From NCBI GenBank assembly GCA_964016885.1, contig OZ024743.1, positions 265,980,001 through 266,044,000 on the forward strand: 64,000 nt of DNA. The letters are read 5' to 3'. The notes under the pieces were generated by a model. The model did no database searches. It saw only the letters and a program-made list of their open reading frames with translations, and was not told the DNA's origin. The position numbers and the translations under genes are program-made. The stretch's first letter is position 1. The number at the start of each line of letters is the position of its first letter. Of the stretch, positions 1 through 12,143 are shown one piece after another. The stretch is from Eledone cirrhosa (Eukaryota).

Positions 1-68
<68 letters not shown>

Positions 69-317
69 AGGCGTATGTGTGTGTGTAGGTGTGTGTGTGT
101 GTGTGAGCGTGTGTGTTTGTAAATATGTGCGCGTGTTTATATATGCATGGGAAGCTGCTAATTACAATCAGTACGACCATTATTAGTTATCCTTACTTAA
201 ATAAAGTAGACTGAAATTAGGGGGACAGTTTCACAATGACTAAGCTTAAACTGTTTCGAAATTCTCATTTGATGTATGGAATCGGTTTAAGCCTACGATT
301 CGGAAATATAATCCCTA

Positions 318-352
<35 letters not shown>

Positions 353-381
353 CCCTATAATATATTTTGCAAAAGAGAAAA

Positions 382-413
<32 letters not shown>

Positions 414-570
414 ATTATCCGGGAAAGACTGCCCTAACCCCGGCCAGAGTTACCTCCCTTGACCTGCTGCAAAATCAAAACAAGATATTTTTGCGAGCAA
501 TGAATCTTGATGTAGATTTAACCCCAAAAACTCTTTCCGAACTATATAAGGAACACTTGTGATTATTTAA

Positions 571-609
571 GCCCTTGAGAAGCCCAACTGGGCGAAACGT
601 ACGTAGGTG
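571..609 (+). ncRNA. Type I hammerhead ribozyme motif, U3-A8 core variant, at a probable PLE 3' end
   Basis: gccc-TTGAGAA-GCCC(aact)GGGC-GAAAC-gtac-GTA-gg. Stem II is perfect, stem III is palindromic (ACGTACGT) and the triplet is GUA; stem I is only about 2 bp. Confidence 0.7.
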
Positions 610-664
610 ATATTTTAAATAAACATGTTTTAACGGTCTATTCTCCGATTTTTTACTTTCCCAC

Positions 665-713
<49 letters not shown>

Positions 714-913
714 CATATTTATATATATATATACATATATATACATATATATGGAGGAAGTTATAGTTCAATTGAAGCATTGTGTAATGAGGTATAAACG
801 TTTGTATATGTATAATAAAGCCAAAACAATGCAGGTATGGACATAGAATAAAGAATGCAAATGCAAAAGATATTGTTGACAATTAGTCTTTTACCTTAGA
901 TTTATTTAAATGT

Positions 914-948
914 CCTTAATTTTCGAGATAATATCTCTTCTTCGGAGG
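914..948 (-). ncRNA. Minimal HHR-like motif (CCGAAGA core) in the inverted pLTR
   Basis: Minus strand reads cct-CCGAAGA-A-GAGAT(att)ATCTC-GAAAATTA-agg; palindromic AATT replaces stem III. Confidence 0.55.
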
Positions 949-1049
949 TAAGTAAAGCGGTTAAACCAGTGTTCTAAATAGCTTGCCAAGTCATGCTGTC
1001 TGGAAATGGTACATAGTATCTGTTCTATCTCTAATGTCAAAGAGTTAAG

Positions 1050-2875
1050 ATTCCTGATATACCAACTGGATCGCCCATTCTGTCCACCGCCTGCCAACCG
1101 CGAGCTTGAAGAAAAACTCTCGAGGCTAAAACATTCCGTATTTAACATCTTACGGAAACAGAAGAAGATAGCCCAAATCCTCTCCAGGACACAACAAGTC
1201 GCCCTGAAGAACCTACGGAATAGGGAACTTATATACTTACCATCCGACAAAGGTAAAGAGTTTTGCGTCATCTCTCAAGCCACATACAACAACCTAGCCT
1301 TTGAACACCTAAGCGACAATGAATTATATACAGAGATCCCGGACATGACTGCAGCCCAGATCGAAAATAGACCAACTCCATCTGGTTCGATATCTGTAGG
1401 AGAAGTCAACTTCCAAATAAAGTTAAGCTCAACTACACCACTAGAAATAGCAGACTGCCCACTTTCTACCACCTCATCAAGACCCACATGAATAGTACTA
1501 AGACGCAAATAAGACCCATCGTCTCTAGCATAGACGGACCCCGATACAACATTTTCTGGCTCCTCTCCCAGGTCCTCGAGCCTCTACTCTCCATCTTTCC
1601 CGGGCATGTTAGTAGCTCCGACGAAGTCATACGTAGACTACACCAACTCCAGCCAGAACAACTTAAAGTAAATAGATACACCTTTAGCCTCGAAGTTGTC
1701 TCCCTCTACACTACAGTCCCCGCTCATCCAGCTGTCGATTTATTGACGGACTGCGTGGTCGCAGAGGACATCCACTGCTACCGCCTCCATCCGACGGACA
1801 TACACCAGCTTTTGTCCTTCACAGTAGACAACACCTACTTCACCTTCCACCACCCCACATACAGGCAGACAACATGATTACCCATGGCATCCAGCCTATC
1901 GGGCCTGCTGGCCATCACCTATATGAACCAGCTATAATGCCGAGCCCTCAACACCTGCCATTCCCATACCTTCTTCACCCGATATGTAGATGACATACTC
2001 ATCCTTACATCATCCCGTGAGGAGGCAGATAAAATATACACAATATTCTCCAGCATGGGCGCCAGTATAAAGTTCAGCATGGAACACCCCGATGACCGCG
2101 TATCCCTATCCCTACTGGACTTCCAACTCAGAGTAACAGAGGAAGGCAACATCCACACCCCGCCAACAGGGACCTGTTCGTACATTTCAGATCGGCCCTC
2201 CCAGCCGGCGTTAAGTTAGGTTACATAAGGAACGAACTTACACGTATCCGGAACAAATGCACCGACGCTAGAGACCAAGACACACACACCACACATTTCC
2301 TGGAAGTACTCAAACTGAACGGATACACGACATCCACAACAAACAGTGCCAGAAAGAACAGAGGACACCACACCCGAGGCACTAACACTTGCTTCCTGAA
2401 GCTCCCACACTTCAGTGACGAAACAACAACAGCCATTCGCAAAGATATCAGACGAGAGGGACTAGATATCCAACTGGCCCACTCAGGTCCTTTTCTACGC
2501 GGATAGCTAACCAAAAGACACTCCACCAGACATGACAACTGTTGCAGGATAGCCAACTGCCCCATCAACGACACAGACCTATGCCACCAGGCTTACGTCT
2601 TATACAGACTAGAGTGTGACAAATGCAGCAACTTCTACGTAGGTAGCACCACCAGACCACTCCACATAAGAATAAAAGAACACCTCAATACTAACGCTTC
2701 CTCATTTAAGAAACACCTAGTTAAATGCAAAAACACCGACGAAACCATAACAGTTAGGATAGAAACTAAGGAAAGACACCTCGGCAATCTTAGAATTAAG
2801 GAAGCACTACTTATAGACAAAACGCAACCACCAATCAATAATAGACTAGAACTCAACACCCAATTTATAACTTAA
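1050..2875 (+). pseudogene. Penelope RT/GIY-YIG endonuclease ORF with frameshifts and stops
   Basis: Motifs PSDKG, IRPIVS, SLEVVSLYTTVP, (G)LPMASSLS, RYVDDIL (~1980-2000) and VLYRLECDKCSNFYVGSTTRPLHIRIKEH (~2597-2682); ends LRIKEALLIDKTQPPINNRLELNTQFIT* at 2875. Confidence 0.92.
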
Positions 2876-2930
2876 TAGAGCTTCTCGCTCCATATTTACA
2901 CACATCCCCCACACACACGCACACACACGT

Positions 2931-2964
<34 letters not shown>

Positions 2965-3080
2965 GCGCGCTTACACCTCCACTTATTCTCTCTCACACAC
3001 ACACATACACACAGAAAGACCAGTTCTAACACGAGATAACATCTATCCCCCACATTTACGTATAGACATATTTTCTCACA

Positions 3081-3125
<45 letters not shown>

Positions 3126-3336
3126 ACACATACACACACACACGCACACTTACACCTTCACGCATTCTCCCACACACTTAAACAGGCATGTACAAAAAAA
3201 TCTTTTAAAGGTAGACTACTCTTTATCCACCTAACCTTAACTCTTTGCCTTTAGAGATAGAACAGATACTCGATACCATTTCCTGTCAGCATGACTTGGC
3301 AAGCTATTTAGAACACTGCTTTAACCGCTTTACTTC

Positions 3337-3371
3337 CCTCCGAAGAAGAGATAGTATCTCGAAAATTAAGG
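3337..3371 (+). ncRNA. Minimal HHR-like motif (CCGAAGA core) in the 3' pLTR
   Basis: cct-CCGAAGA-A-GAGAT(agt)ATCTC-GAAAATTA-agg; same core as the copy at 914-948. Confidence 0.55.
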
Positions 3372-3495
3372 ACATTTAAATAAATCTAAGTTAAAAGACT
3401 AATTGTCAACAATATCTTTTGCATTTGCATTCTTTATTCTATGTCCATACCTGCATTGTTTTGGCTTTATTATACATATACAAACGTTTATATAT

Positions 3496-3593
<98 letters not shown>

Positions 3594-4526
3594 ATACATA
3601 CTTACAGAGTAAAATGATATTAATGATTCAGTTTAACGTTTGGTATCGTAGGATATGAGACAACGTTTCGGACAAATTTCATTCATCGGTAGATAGAATG
3701 ATAAACAAAGGATGCAATAGGAAGAGAGTTAGAAGCGAATGGAACGGTGACAATATGTAAAGAACACGTGTGTATTCAGTCAGTCATTTTGAAGAAAACA
3801 TATATATATATATGTATATACACGCGCACACAAACACACACACACGCACACACATACATACCTTCCCGTATATGATGCAATTAAGCCTCTGTATAAAACA
3901 ACAATATACAGTGTTAATTCAGTAAGAGTTTGAAGTAGCCAGAGAAACAAAGTGGGTAGACAGAGAGCTAAGGAGCGTCTGGCAGTTAATGGAAGACAGG
4001 GAAATGAATGAATAAATTAATTTTATATTCCATAACTATTTCAATGAATTTAACAAATATATTCACATATCTGCATACATAAATAACGTATCACTGCTTC
4101 TCTACGTTAATATCCTTTAATTCGCATTGGTTTTCCTCTGTGTGTTCGCGTGTGTGGTATCATGTATGTTTGTATGATCGTATATGTGTGTGTTTGTAAG
4201 TACGTTTCAGACACATTGAAAGCATGTGTATTTGTGGGTACGGTGTTCGGTATCAGATCACGGGTGCACTTCCCGTATGCGCATTTTGTCTTTGCGCAAA
4301 AATATTTTATTCCAAGATTCTCGAGTCCACGCAACCGGCAAAAAATGGGCAAATCGTGTCACACATGTTTCACTCTGAATCTCCACACGATATTTAGGAT
4401 ACTTCATTTGATACATTATTGTACTTTTTAAAGAAATGATACATGTTCATATAAAACCTATGTATATATATATATATGAAAAGATTCAGGACCCCAACGG
4501 CTGAGCTCCGGTCGTTTCGACAGCTA

Positions 4527-4568
<42 letters not shown>

Positions 4569-4574
<6 letters not shown>

Positions 4575-4930
4575 TATTGGTGCTCTGAAATAGCGATGTA
4601 TACCTTGAATGTATGTATAGTATATTTGGCAATATACCGTATGTTTAATTAAAAACATTTAGAAGACCATTTGCTATCAATTTTAAAGTAGTGACTATGT
4701 CACATATTTATATTTTCGGAAAAGGCTGGGAGAATGGCTGACAGCTGTTTCTCGCTGTTTGGCGTTTATCAAAGCCACGCACTCACTTGAATTTGCCGAA
4801 AATTATAGAAGCTGGATTCTTATAGAATTCTAGAAATAATCAGGAGCTGATTACACAGAGCGATTGCAGGTCCAGCAAAAATTAGGTATTAGTACTGGTG
4901 CTCTGAAATAGCGATGTATACATGAATGTA
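4569..4930 (-). mobile_element. Short non-coding HHR-bearing unit bounded by ~45-bp direct repeats (PLE remnant or retrozyme-like)
   Basis: tattagtaYtggtgctctgaaatagcgatgtatac..tgaatgta at 4569-4613 and 4887-4930; HHR at 4735-4777 lies between them. Confidence 0.5.
4735..4777 (-). ncRNA. Type I hammerhead ribozyme motif, U3-A8 core variant
   Basis: Minus strand reads tggct-TTGATAA-aCGC(caaaca)GCGa-GAAAC-agct-GTC-agcca. Stem I is 5 bp, the loop AGCT is palindromic and the triplet is GUC. Confidence 0.8.
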
Positions 4931-6279
4931 AAGAACACAACCGTTGAATGATGGTGATCATATCACTTTCTAATAACTTTATGGAAACCGAACGCATGAG
5001 GTATTTGCTTTAAATCGTGAACTTTAGAGATTGCAGCCTCTTTAAGACTCCAAATATTCAATAAATATAGATAATATATCATATAATTCGTAAATATGGT
5101 ATACGAACTGCATCATTGTTTCATTGTCTAACAAAGTCTGCAGAATTTCAAGCTATGACTATTAGTCATATCTTCAGAGGAATGTGTATGTATCTCTCTG
5201 TGTGTACATGTATGTGTGCATCTCTGTGTGTGTCCATTTCTTGCTGCTTTTTCACTGGAATACATTTTCACATTCCCTTACTTAAAACGTTTTCAGTTTT
5301 AAAAAATCATTTAAAACTCAATTAATATGGCTGTTATCGTTGTAACATGACACATTTCCCTTACAATAGCTTACTTTTACCTTTCATCTTCCTCCTCTTC
5401 TCATGACCTAGCCTCACCTACCTTAATTTAATATTTTATTAGATTCTCTACGATTTTTTTTTTTTTGGCTTTTTCAATAACCGTCTCATATTTTCCAACA
5501 ATTTCTTTTAATATTTACCATCTCAACTTAACGATATTTCTTCATCTTTAATTCTTTCTTCTATATGACAACAGGCAGTTCTGTCTTTTTATTTACTAAT
5601 TTTATTTTTATAGTTGAGGCATATTTCAGTTCATACATTTTCATTATTTATTTATTTATTATATTATCTATCTTCAAGTTTCACGTTACTCGTATTTTCA
5701 TCTTTTGCTCATTTCCTGCACATCTCTTCACTGCCTTCCCATAGCTGTGCTTTTCAGACACCTACAAATTTGACCAATATTTAAACACTAATACATACCC
5801 CTTCCTTAACAACACCTGATTCCACCACTTCATAACGCTCTTCTGTTCCCCACATTCCTTCACTACATTTCCCTCAATTTTCTGCCACCATCACCTTCTC
5901 GTCTCTATACACATCCTTTCTACATGATTCATGATTGTACGGTAGTGTGTTCCATTTCTTGCAGAGTGGGTGGTTAATGATTAATGTTTGGCTCATGATC
6001 ATCCAATCATGAGTTCCATTCCCGACCCCGTGCTATATCTACGTACAATACACTATTTCAGCTTGTTCCACTCAATTCGAATGGAAAAAATATAACTGTA
6101 ATTCAAAGAGCCAGCTTTGACATAGTGTAGCCTGTCCCGATGGAGAAATAACTGTGCCGCATGCCATCGAAACCTACATTCTCACACACACGCAATCACG
6201 CATATAAAAAGTATATATAAATATATAAAGAGAGAGAGAGAGAGAAAGAGAGAGCGAGCGAGAGAGAAAAAGAGAGGGC

Positions 6280-6329
<50 letters not shown>

Positions 6330-6879
6330 CTTGTGAGCACAGCCGAGTAGCTGTATCTGATAAAATACCTAAAGGAATATACTGAGAGACTAAATTATCA
6401 GATGTAAATTTCATGGAGATTTTTGTACGACACACCATTTCAATAAAATAGTTATGTTTATGGCAATATTCGCCCTCTCTCATTCATCCTTTCTCTCCTT
6501 CACAAATACTCTATCTCTCACAGTTACCTCTATGTGAAGCTCCTTCAGTTCAATTTCACAACCTAATCTACAAACGACTGTCATCAAATAATAATTCTCT
6601 CACACCTAAAGCTATGCGCATTTAAATGAAATGATAATACTGAAATGTACGCGATGATTTAATATTAAATTATTAAATCAATATTAAATTATAATTAAAT
6701 GAAAACTAGTCAATTTATCAGCTTGTTTGTTTTTTTATGCGACAAATCAAGGCAATTTAACCATAATATTCCTATTCTAATACACCACAAGGAAATAACC
6801 AGCATTCCTAAGCAATTATTTACCAATTTATGAAACATGTTCATGTATGAAGATTCTTTACTTGTGGCGCAAGATCAGC

Positions 6880-7117
6880 CTCATCAACATCATCAGAATT
6901 GCCTCATCATCCTCATCATCATCATCACCATCACCATCACTATAATCATCATCATTATCGTCGTCGTCGTCATCCTCCTCCAACTCCTCCTATTCCCCAT
7001 CATCATCATCACCACCATCACCACCACCACCACCACCACCACCACCACCACCACCACCATCATCAGCATCAACATCATCATCATCATCATTATCAGCGTT
7101 ATCGTCATCATCGTCGT
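6880..7117. repeat. Compound (CAT)n/(CAC)n/(CGT)n trinucleotide repeat
   Basis: Directly visible; source of the poly-H/T/V pseudo-ORFs. Confidence 0.95.
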
Positions 7118-7399
7118 TACATTTTGCGTATATTTGCTATGTTTGATTAATAAGCATAGCAGTGTGCATGAATTGTGATTAGCGTAGAAATTATAAAATT
7201 CATCATATTCGTGTTTTTAGGAAAGCTATTCAGACATTGTGTTTTGAACTTAGACAAGAATGATTCAGGATATATTTTATTTATATTTGCATTGGCTACG
7301 AAATAGTAAAACAGTCAGAGCTAAATTCATCCCGGGATGTTTTTAATTCTTAGCTCAAATCATACAAGTCTGAGATTCTGAATATCAATTATAACTTAG

Positions 7400-7870
7400 A
7401 AAGACTGGACACGCTCATCAGGTAATTACGATCGACCTTTCATGATGTGAGGTGACATGGTAGGAAGATGTTTTCATTCTTTGTTCACCGATCCTATCTC
7501 TTCCAAATGGTGTTCAATTACATGCGTCACTTGCTCCAAACGCTGCCGAGGAGACTGCATCTCATTGCAAGCAATCTAGCTTTATTTATGCTGAGGAACT
7601 GCTTCACCATGACGAAGCTTTTGCATAACTTTTAGAGCGCCTCGCGTTCCAGCGATTTGATTTGCTTCGCCGAACTCGCTATTTCCCTCGAGTGTGGCGT
7701 TCAGTTTGTTGGCAACAAGCCAACATTCCAGTTCGATAAGATTGCATTTGTTTCAACCTCACGTTCTATTGTAATTATGCCAGTTCTTTCTCTGGAACAC
7801 ATTAGAAATTACCACGATCAGATCATAAGAAACTGCCATAGCGTCATGTAATTGACATGCGCTTTATTCT
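7400..7870 (-). mobile_element. Possible highly decayed mariner-like transposase remnant
   Basis: Unique sequence with only faint resemblance on the minus strand (..REIA.., ..SLL.., ..DE..); no intact motif. Confidence 0.25.
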
Positions 7871-8067
7871 GTATGTGTTTATCCTACTTCGACTCTAAAT
7901 CTGCGAGCAACACAGATGCTGTCGCTCCACTATGATACAGGGTTTTTGAAATTGATATATATTTGTTTCTGCATAAATTGCAATTTGTACGGGTTGCGTT
8001 TGGGTAAGTTGCGTTCTTGGAATTATAGCTTACATAAATCATTTTATATCGAACAGAATGCATCACC

Positions 8068-8172
<105 letters not shown>

Positions 8173-8204
8173 ATAGTCTATATTCTTCATTTTTCTTCCT
8201 TTAG

Positions 8205-8329
8205 TACCGTGAAATGTGAATGGCAGATAACGACAGTGAAAGCAGACGAACTTGTAAAGATTGAAATAGCTTTCTCCTCATTGGACAACTCCACAAACTG
8301 TAACGACAATTTTATAGCGGTCTATGACG
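8205..8329 (+). CDS. CUB-domain protein exon (middle third of CUB repeat n)
   Basis: Polypyrimidine-ttag acceptor and gtaagt donor; TVKCEWQITTVKADELVKIEIAFSSLDNSTNCNDNFIAVYDG matches the CUB C-x-W-x-I...C..D.(L/I).VYDG pattern; 125 nt, phase 2 to phase 1. Confidence 0.9.
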
Positions 8330-8510
8330 GTAAGTGATTTTGATTTTCACCGATGAATGTAAGGGTGTCAACTGATTGAGTTATTAGAGCGCCAGCTATC
8401 AGATTTCGTGCTATGAATTTAAATCCCACCTAGACAAATTTACTTGTAACCCATTCGGAATCGATACTGTGTCTTTCAAGAACTCTGGTATATTTTTATA
8501 ATTTACCCCC

Positions 8511-8584
<74 letters not shown>

Positions 8585-8623
8585 CTCTCTTTCTCTCTCT
8601 CTCTATATATATCTCTCTCTCTA

Positions 8624-8664
<41 letters not shown>

Positions 8665-8680
8665 TTCTCCCTCCCCCCCC

Positions 8681-8747
<67 letters not shown>

Positions 8748-8789
8748 TTAAAAATATTTACAAATATACACATGGTGTGATCAAGTATA

Positions 8790-8852
8790 TTTTATTATAC
8801 ATATTTCAGAGCTACTGAGCTATCTTCAACAGTACGTCCTCATCAGATAAAA
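8790..8852 (-). ncRNA. Type I hammerhead ribozyme motif, canonical core
   Basis: Minus strand reads ttttat-CTGATGA-ggacgtactg...cagtagctct-GAAAT-atgt-ATA-ataaaa. Stem I is 6 bp, stem II has 2 mismatches and the triplet is AUA. Confidence 0.65.
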
Positions 8853-9023
8853 GAAGATGATGCATGACATACCTTGACTAAGTAGATGGTTAACATTCCG
8901 TCATTGCAATTGTTAATATTTTGAATTAATATTAATAACTCCGGAAAACCATATCTGTTGAGTGCTTCTAATCTATTGTAAAACTTTATTCATTGATTTA
9001 TTCATTGAACTTTGTTTAATCTT

Positions 9024-9113
<90 letters not shown>

Positions 9114-10179
9114 AGGTGTGCCAGAATTCTTGACTCGCTTGTTAGTTATATTCCTTAACATGCTTATTTTAATGTTATTGTATTGTTTTAATTTATTATT
9201 TTATTTCTTTTATGCCTCACAGGTTTTTTTATTTATAAATAAACTATTAATAAACACGCGAGTCATTAATTGTCGCCCACTTTGTATATATATATGTGTG
9301 TGTTTGTGTGTGTGTACGTGTGGATGTATGTATGTATATAAGACGAGAAAGATTCCAGGTGCAAATGCATATCAATGGCACTTACTTAAAGGGTGATCGA
9401 ACACTGATTCTTCTGGCTTCAAATTGAATATTTAAAGATCAAATGCCTAAATTTCCTTCACCATGATCCTGTTTCTGACGTTAACACTGTTCTTCAGCGC
9501 AACATATAACCATGTAAATATCTCTCCGACATATTTGTTCCCTTTCTCACTCTTTTACGCTCTCCCTCTCCCTATCTAGATCCTTTCCTCTCCCTCACTC
9601 CATGTGCGAGCGCCAGCCCTTTCCACACACACTCGCACATTCACATATATACTGCGTCTGTACATTGTTTCCTAAATCATGTTGAACATAGTTGCTTATA
9701 AATTATATATATATATTAGGGTGGCTCTTAGCAAAAGGTAATTTTCTGAAAATTAAAATGTTGCTACTCCCACTCCCTAATCTTGTTCTAACCAAGACAC
9801 GGGTTGTGCAAAATTTCAGCTCCATCGGACAACCGTTAGACGACCCTCAAACGCCTTGAATTTGGAACATATTAATTCTCTTCAAAAGCGGTGTACTGTT
9901 CCTTATCTCGACCATTTTCTTTTTTATTCGAGAAATTTATGTGGACACATCCAGGTAACCCAACCAAATGTTTAAAAACGTTCTGAATCAAATTTACCAA
10001 TGGCTAATTTGAAAAATTTCTGAAATAACATGAAAAACTTAAGAAATGTTGTTTTTTTTTAATAAAGTACACAACTTCTATAAGAGAAACGCATTTTTAT
10101 TTACAACAATAATTTCGATAGAATCAAAAATATAATGTGAACACTGAACACTGAACACTGAATAGCCAACATCATTGCA

Positions 10180-10370
10180 TAGTGGATTTGCAGTATCGGT
10201 AGAGGGTCGGACGCCATGCTTTGCAGCAAAGAGTTACGGCCCTTTGTGGTCTGAGTTCAAATCCCACCAAAGTTAACTTTGCCTTTCATCCTTACAGGGT
10301 TGATAATGTAAAGTACCAGTAATACGCTGGGATAATTACTGGCCTTGTGCCAAAAGTAGAAACAATTATT
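10180..10370 (+). mobile_element. tRNA-derived SINE (octopus-type family)
   Basis: B-box gagttcaaatccc, body aactttgcctttcatcc...aaagtaccagt, tail ggccttgtgccaaaagtagaaacaattatt; several copies in the window. Confidence 0.85.
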
Positions 10371-10389
10371 TTTACAAAAGAGAGGATTT

Positions 10390-10770
10390 AGTGGCAGTTG
10401 GGTGTTTTATGGTTTTTGGTAACGATCTGTAAAACAAATTGTTTCTCAGTTTCATCTTTTGTGAGAATGTTATTATAATCCTGAATGAGTTCGATACCTC
10501 TTTCTGCAACATCATTCCCAATAACTGTTTTCTCAAGTTTTTCTAGTCCACTTGTGTAACCAGGATCATCCTTCCATGTTGAAGGGTCTTTGTCGAGGAA
10601 ATCGGTGTTGATAGAAAATCTCGTGAAGAAAGTTTTTGTACCAGCAGTTACAAAAGAAGAAAAGTCGATATTTGGTGCAGAATGTACCTCTTCAGTTGAT
10701 TTTTGTCTTCTTCTTCTTCACCTTTGTCTGCTTCCAGCATAACTTGAACAATATTTGCCTTAACCTCTCC
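10390..10770 (-). pseudogene. hATm-like transposase C-terminal fragment
   Basis: Translates to DFSSFVTAGTKTFFTRFSINTDFLDKDPSTWKDDPGY...NDVAERGIELIQDYNNILTKDETEKQFVLQIV, containing the NDxAERG hAT-type motif. Confidence 0.78.
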
Positions 10771-10774
10771 TTAC

Positions 10775-11095
10775 CCCCATTACTCTCTTTATTCTCTTTT
10801 CTCCTTGCTCTCCTTGCTCTCCTTGCTCTCCTTGCTCTCCTTTTCTCATTGCTCTCATTGCTCTCGTTTTCTCCTTTCTCTCCTTGCTCTGCTGTTCTCA
10901 TTGCTCTAGTTGCTCTCCTTTTTCTCCTTGCTTTTCCTTTCTCATTGCTCTTCTTGCTCTCCTTTTCTCCTTCCTGTCCTTGCTTTCTTTTCCCCCTTGC
11001 TCTCCTTTAATCTTTGCTCTCCTTTTCTCATGTCTCTACTTATTCTCCTTTTCTCCTTGCTCTCCTTTTCTCCTTACTCTCCTTTTCTCTTTATA
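10775..11095. repeat. Pyrimidine-rich degenerate 9-bp tandem repeat (ctccttgct)n
   Basis: Directly visible, e.g. ctccttgct repeated four times from ~10801. Confidence 0.9.
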
Positions 11096-11213
11096 TCTAT
11101 GTACTTGTTTATTTACAAATACAATGAGAAAAGGGGAGCAAGGAGATATATGAAAGCAAGGCGAGTATATATATATATAAATATGTATATACGTACACAC
11201 ACATATATATATA

Positions 11214-11277
<64 letters not shown>

Positions 11278-11426
11278 ATATTGAGGGGAAAAACATAGGA
11301 GAGTGTGTTTTCTTTTACAGGATTTCAAACCACCAGCGTGAAGAGAATATAAGCTAAGAGAGGTGTAGGAAAAACATTATAATTAAAAGTATAAATAACA
11401 TGAGAAACCAACATCATAACTAAATC

Positions 11427-11505
11427 ACACATGTACAAACTCACCAGGAGATTGTTTCGCCATTTAGTGGGTTCTAATTCGGCTTAGTGGGTCATCAGCA
11501 TGTGC
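11427..11505 (-). ncRNA. Type I hammerhead ribozyme motif, canonical core, full-length stem III
   Basis: Minus strand reads gcacatg-CTGATGA-cCCA...TGGc-GAA-ACAAtCTC(ctggt)GAGtTTGT-A-catgtgt. Stem I is 7 bp and the triplet is GUA. Confidence 0.8.
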
Positions 11506-12105
11506 AATAACCGATATTGTCCGCACTACTAAAGAGAGTACTATAGTAAACCACCTGTCGCACGTGGAAAGAGAGGGAAATACGTGCACGAGGCAGTGAC
11601 CGGTGGTATGAACAGAACAAGCTGACAGAGATGGCAGCCTATACCGTTCAATTTATGGTGCTCGACAGCAGCACAACGATAGATAGGTGTTTGCTCTATA
11701 CCTGCGCAGGTTGTCTTCCCCATTATATGTATTGTCACTTGTCCTTCTAATAACAAGAATAATTCTGAACAAGTTTTTAATTTAAAAGAAAATTATATAA
11801 AAGATAAAAAAGTTTATCTGAAAAAAAAATGACTTTCCGGGCGAAAACTTCAAAATGTCACGGTCCATGGCGGTCACCTTGCAGTTGTCCGTTTGAGCTA
11901 CGGTTTTGCAGTTTGGTGGTTTGTTAATTGCAATAAGATTGGGGAGTGGGAGCTATACTTTTATAAAGTTGAAAAATAAGGGCCACCCCAATATTTATAT
12001 ATATATGGGACAACAAGTTATCGTTATTGGTAATACAGTTACCAACCATGTTTCTCTTCATTCTTTCACTATATATATATGTGTGTGTGTGCGTGTGTGT
12101 GTGTG

Positions 12106-12143
<38 letters not shown>

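Larger units (their letters stand above)
793..3492 (+). mobile_element. Penelope-like retroelement, 5'-truncated, with an inverted pLTR copy at the 5' end
   Basis: Degenerate RT plus GIY-YIG ORF at 1050-2875; ~793-1049 is the reverse complement of ~3236-3492; flanked by TA/CA microsatellites. Confidence 0.92.
9717..11990 (-). mobile_element. hAT-superfamily (hATm-like) DNA transposon, internally deleted, with nested insertions
   Basis: Termini TAGGGTGGCTCTTA and TAAGGGCCACCCCA; subterminal inverted ctcccactcccYaatctt; imperfect 8-bp TSD atatatat/atatttat; transposase remnant inside. Confidence 0.75.

Noticed and set aside
3655-3695. Further HHR-like cores (CCGATGA..GAAAC on - here; also ~37280-37315, ~33020-33052 and ~51005-51040)
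   Set aside because: Stems I/II do not pair convincingly or the core has several mismatches, so they are too degenerate to call.
6837-7178. Poly-His/Thr/Val ORFs
   Set aside because: They come from a compound trinucleotide repeat open in several frames; not a credible exon.
10636-11153. Leu-rich membrane-protein-like ORFs
   Set aside because: They derive from the (ctccttgct)n repeat and the antisense strand of the transposase remnant.
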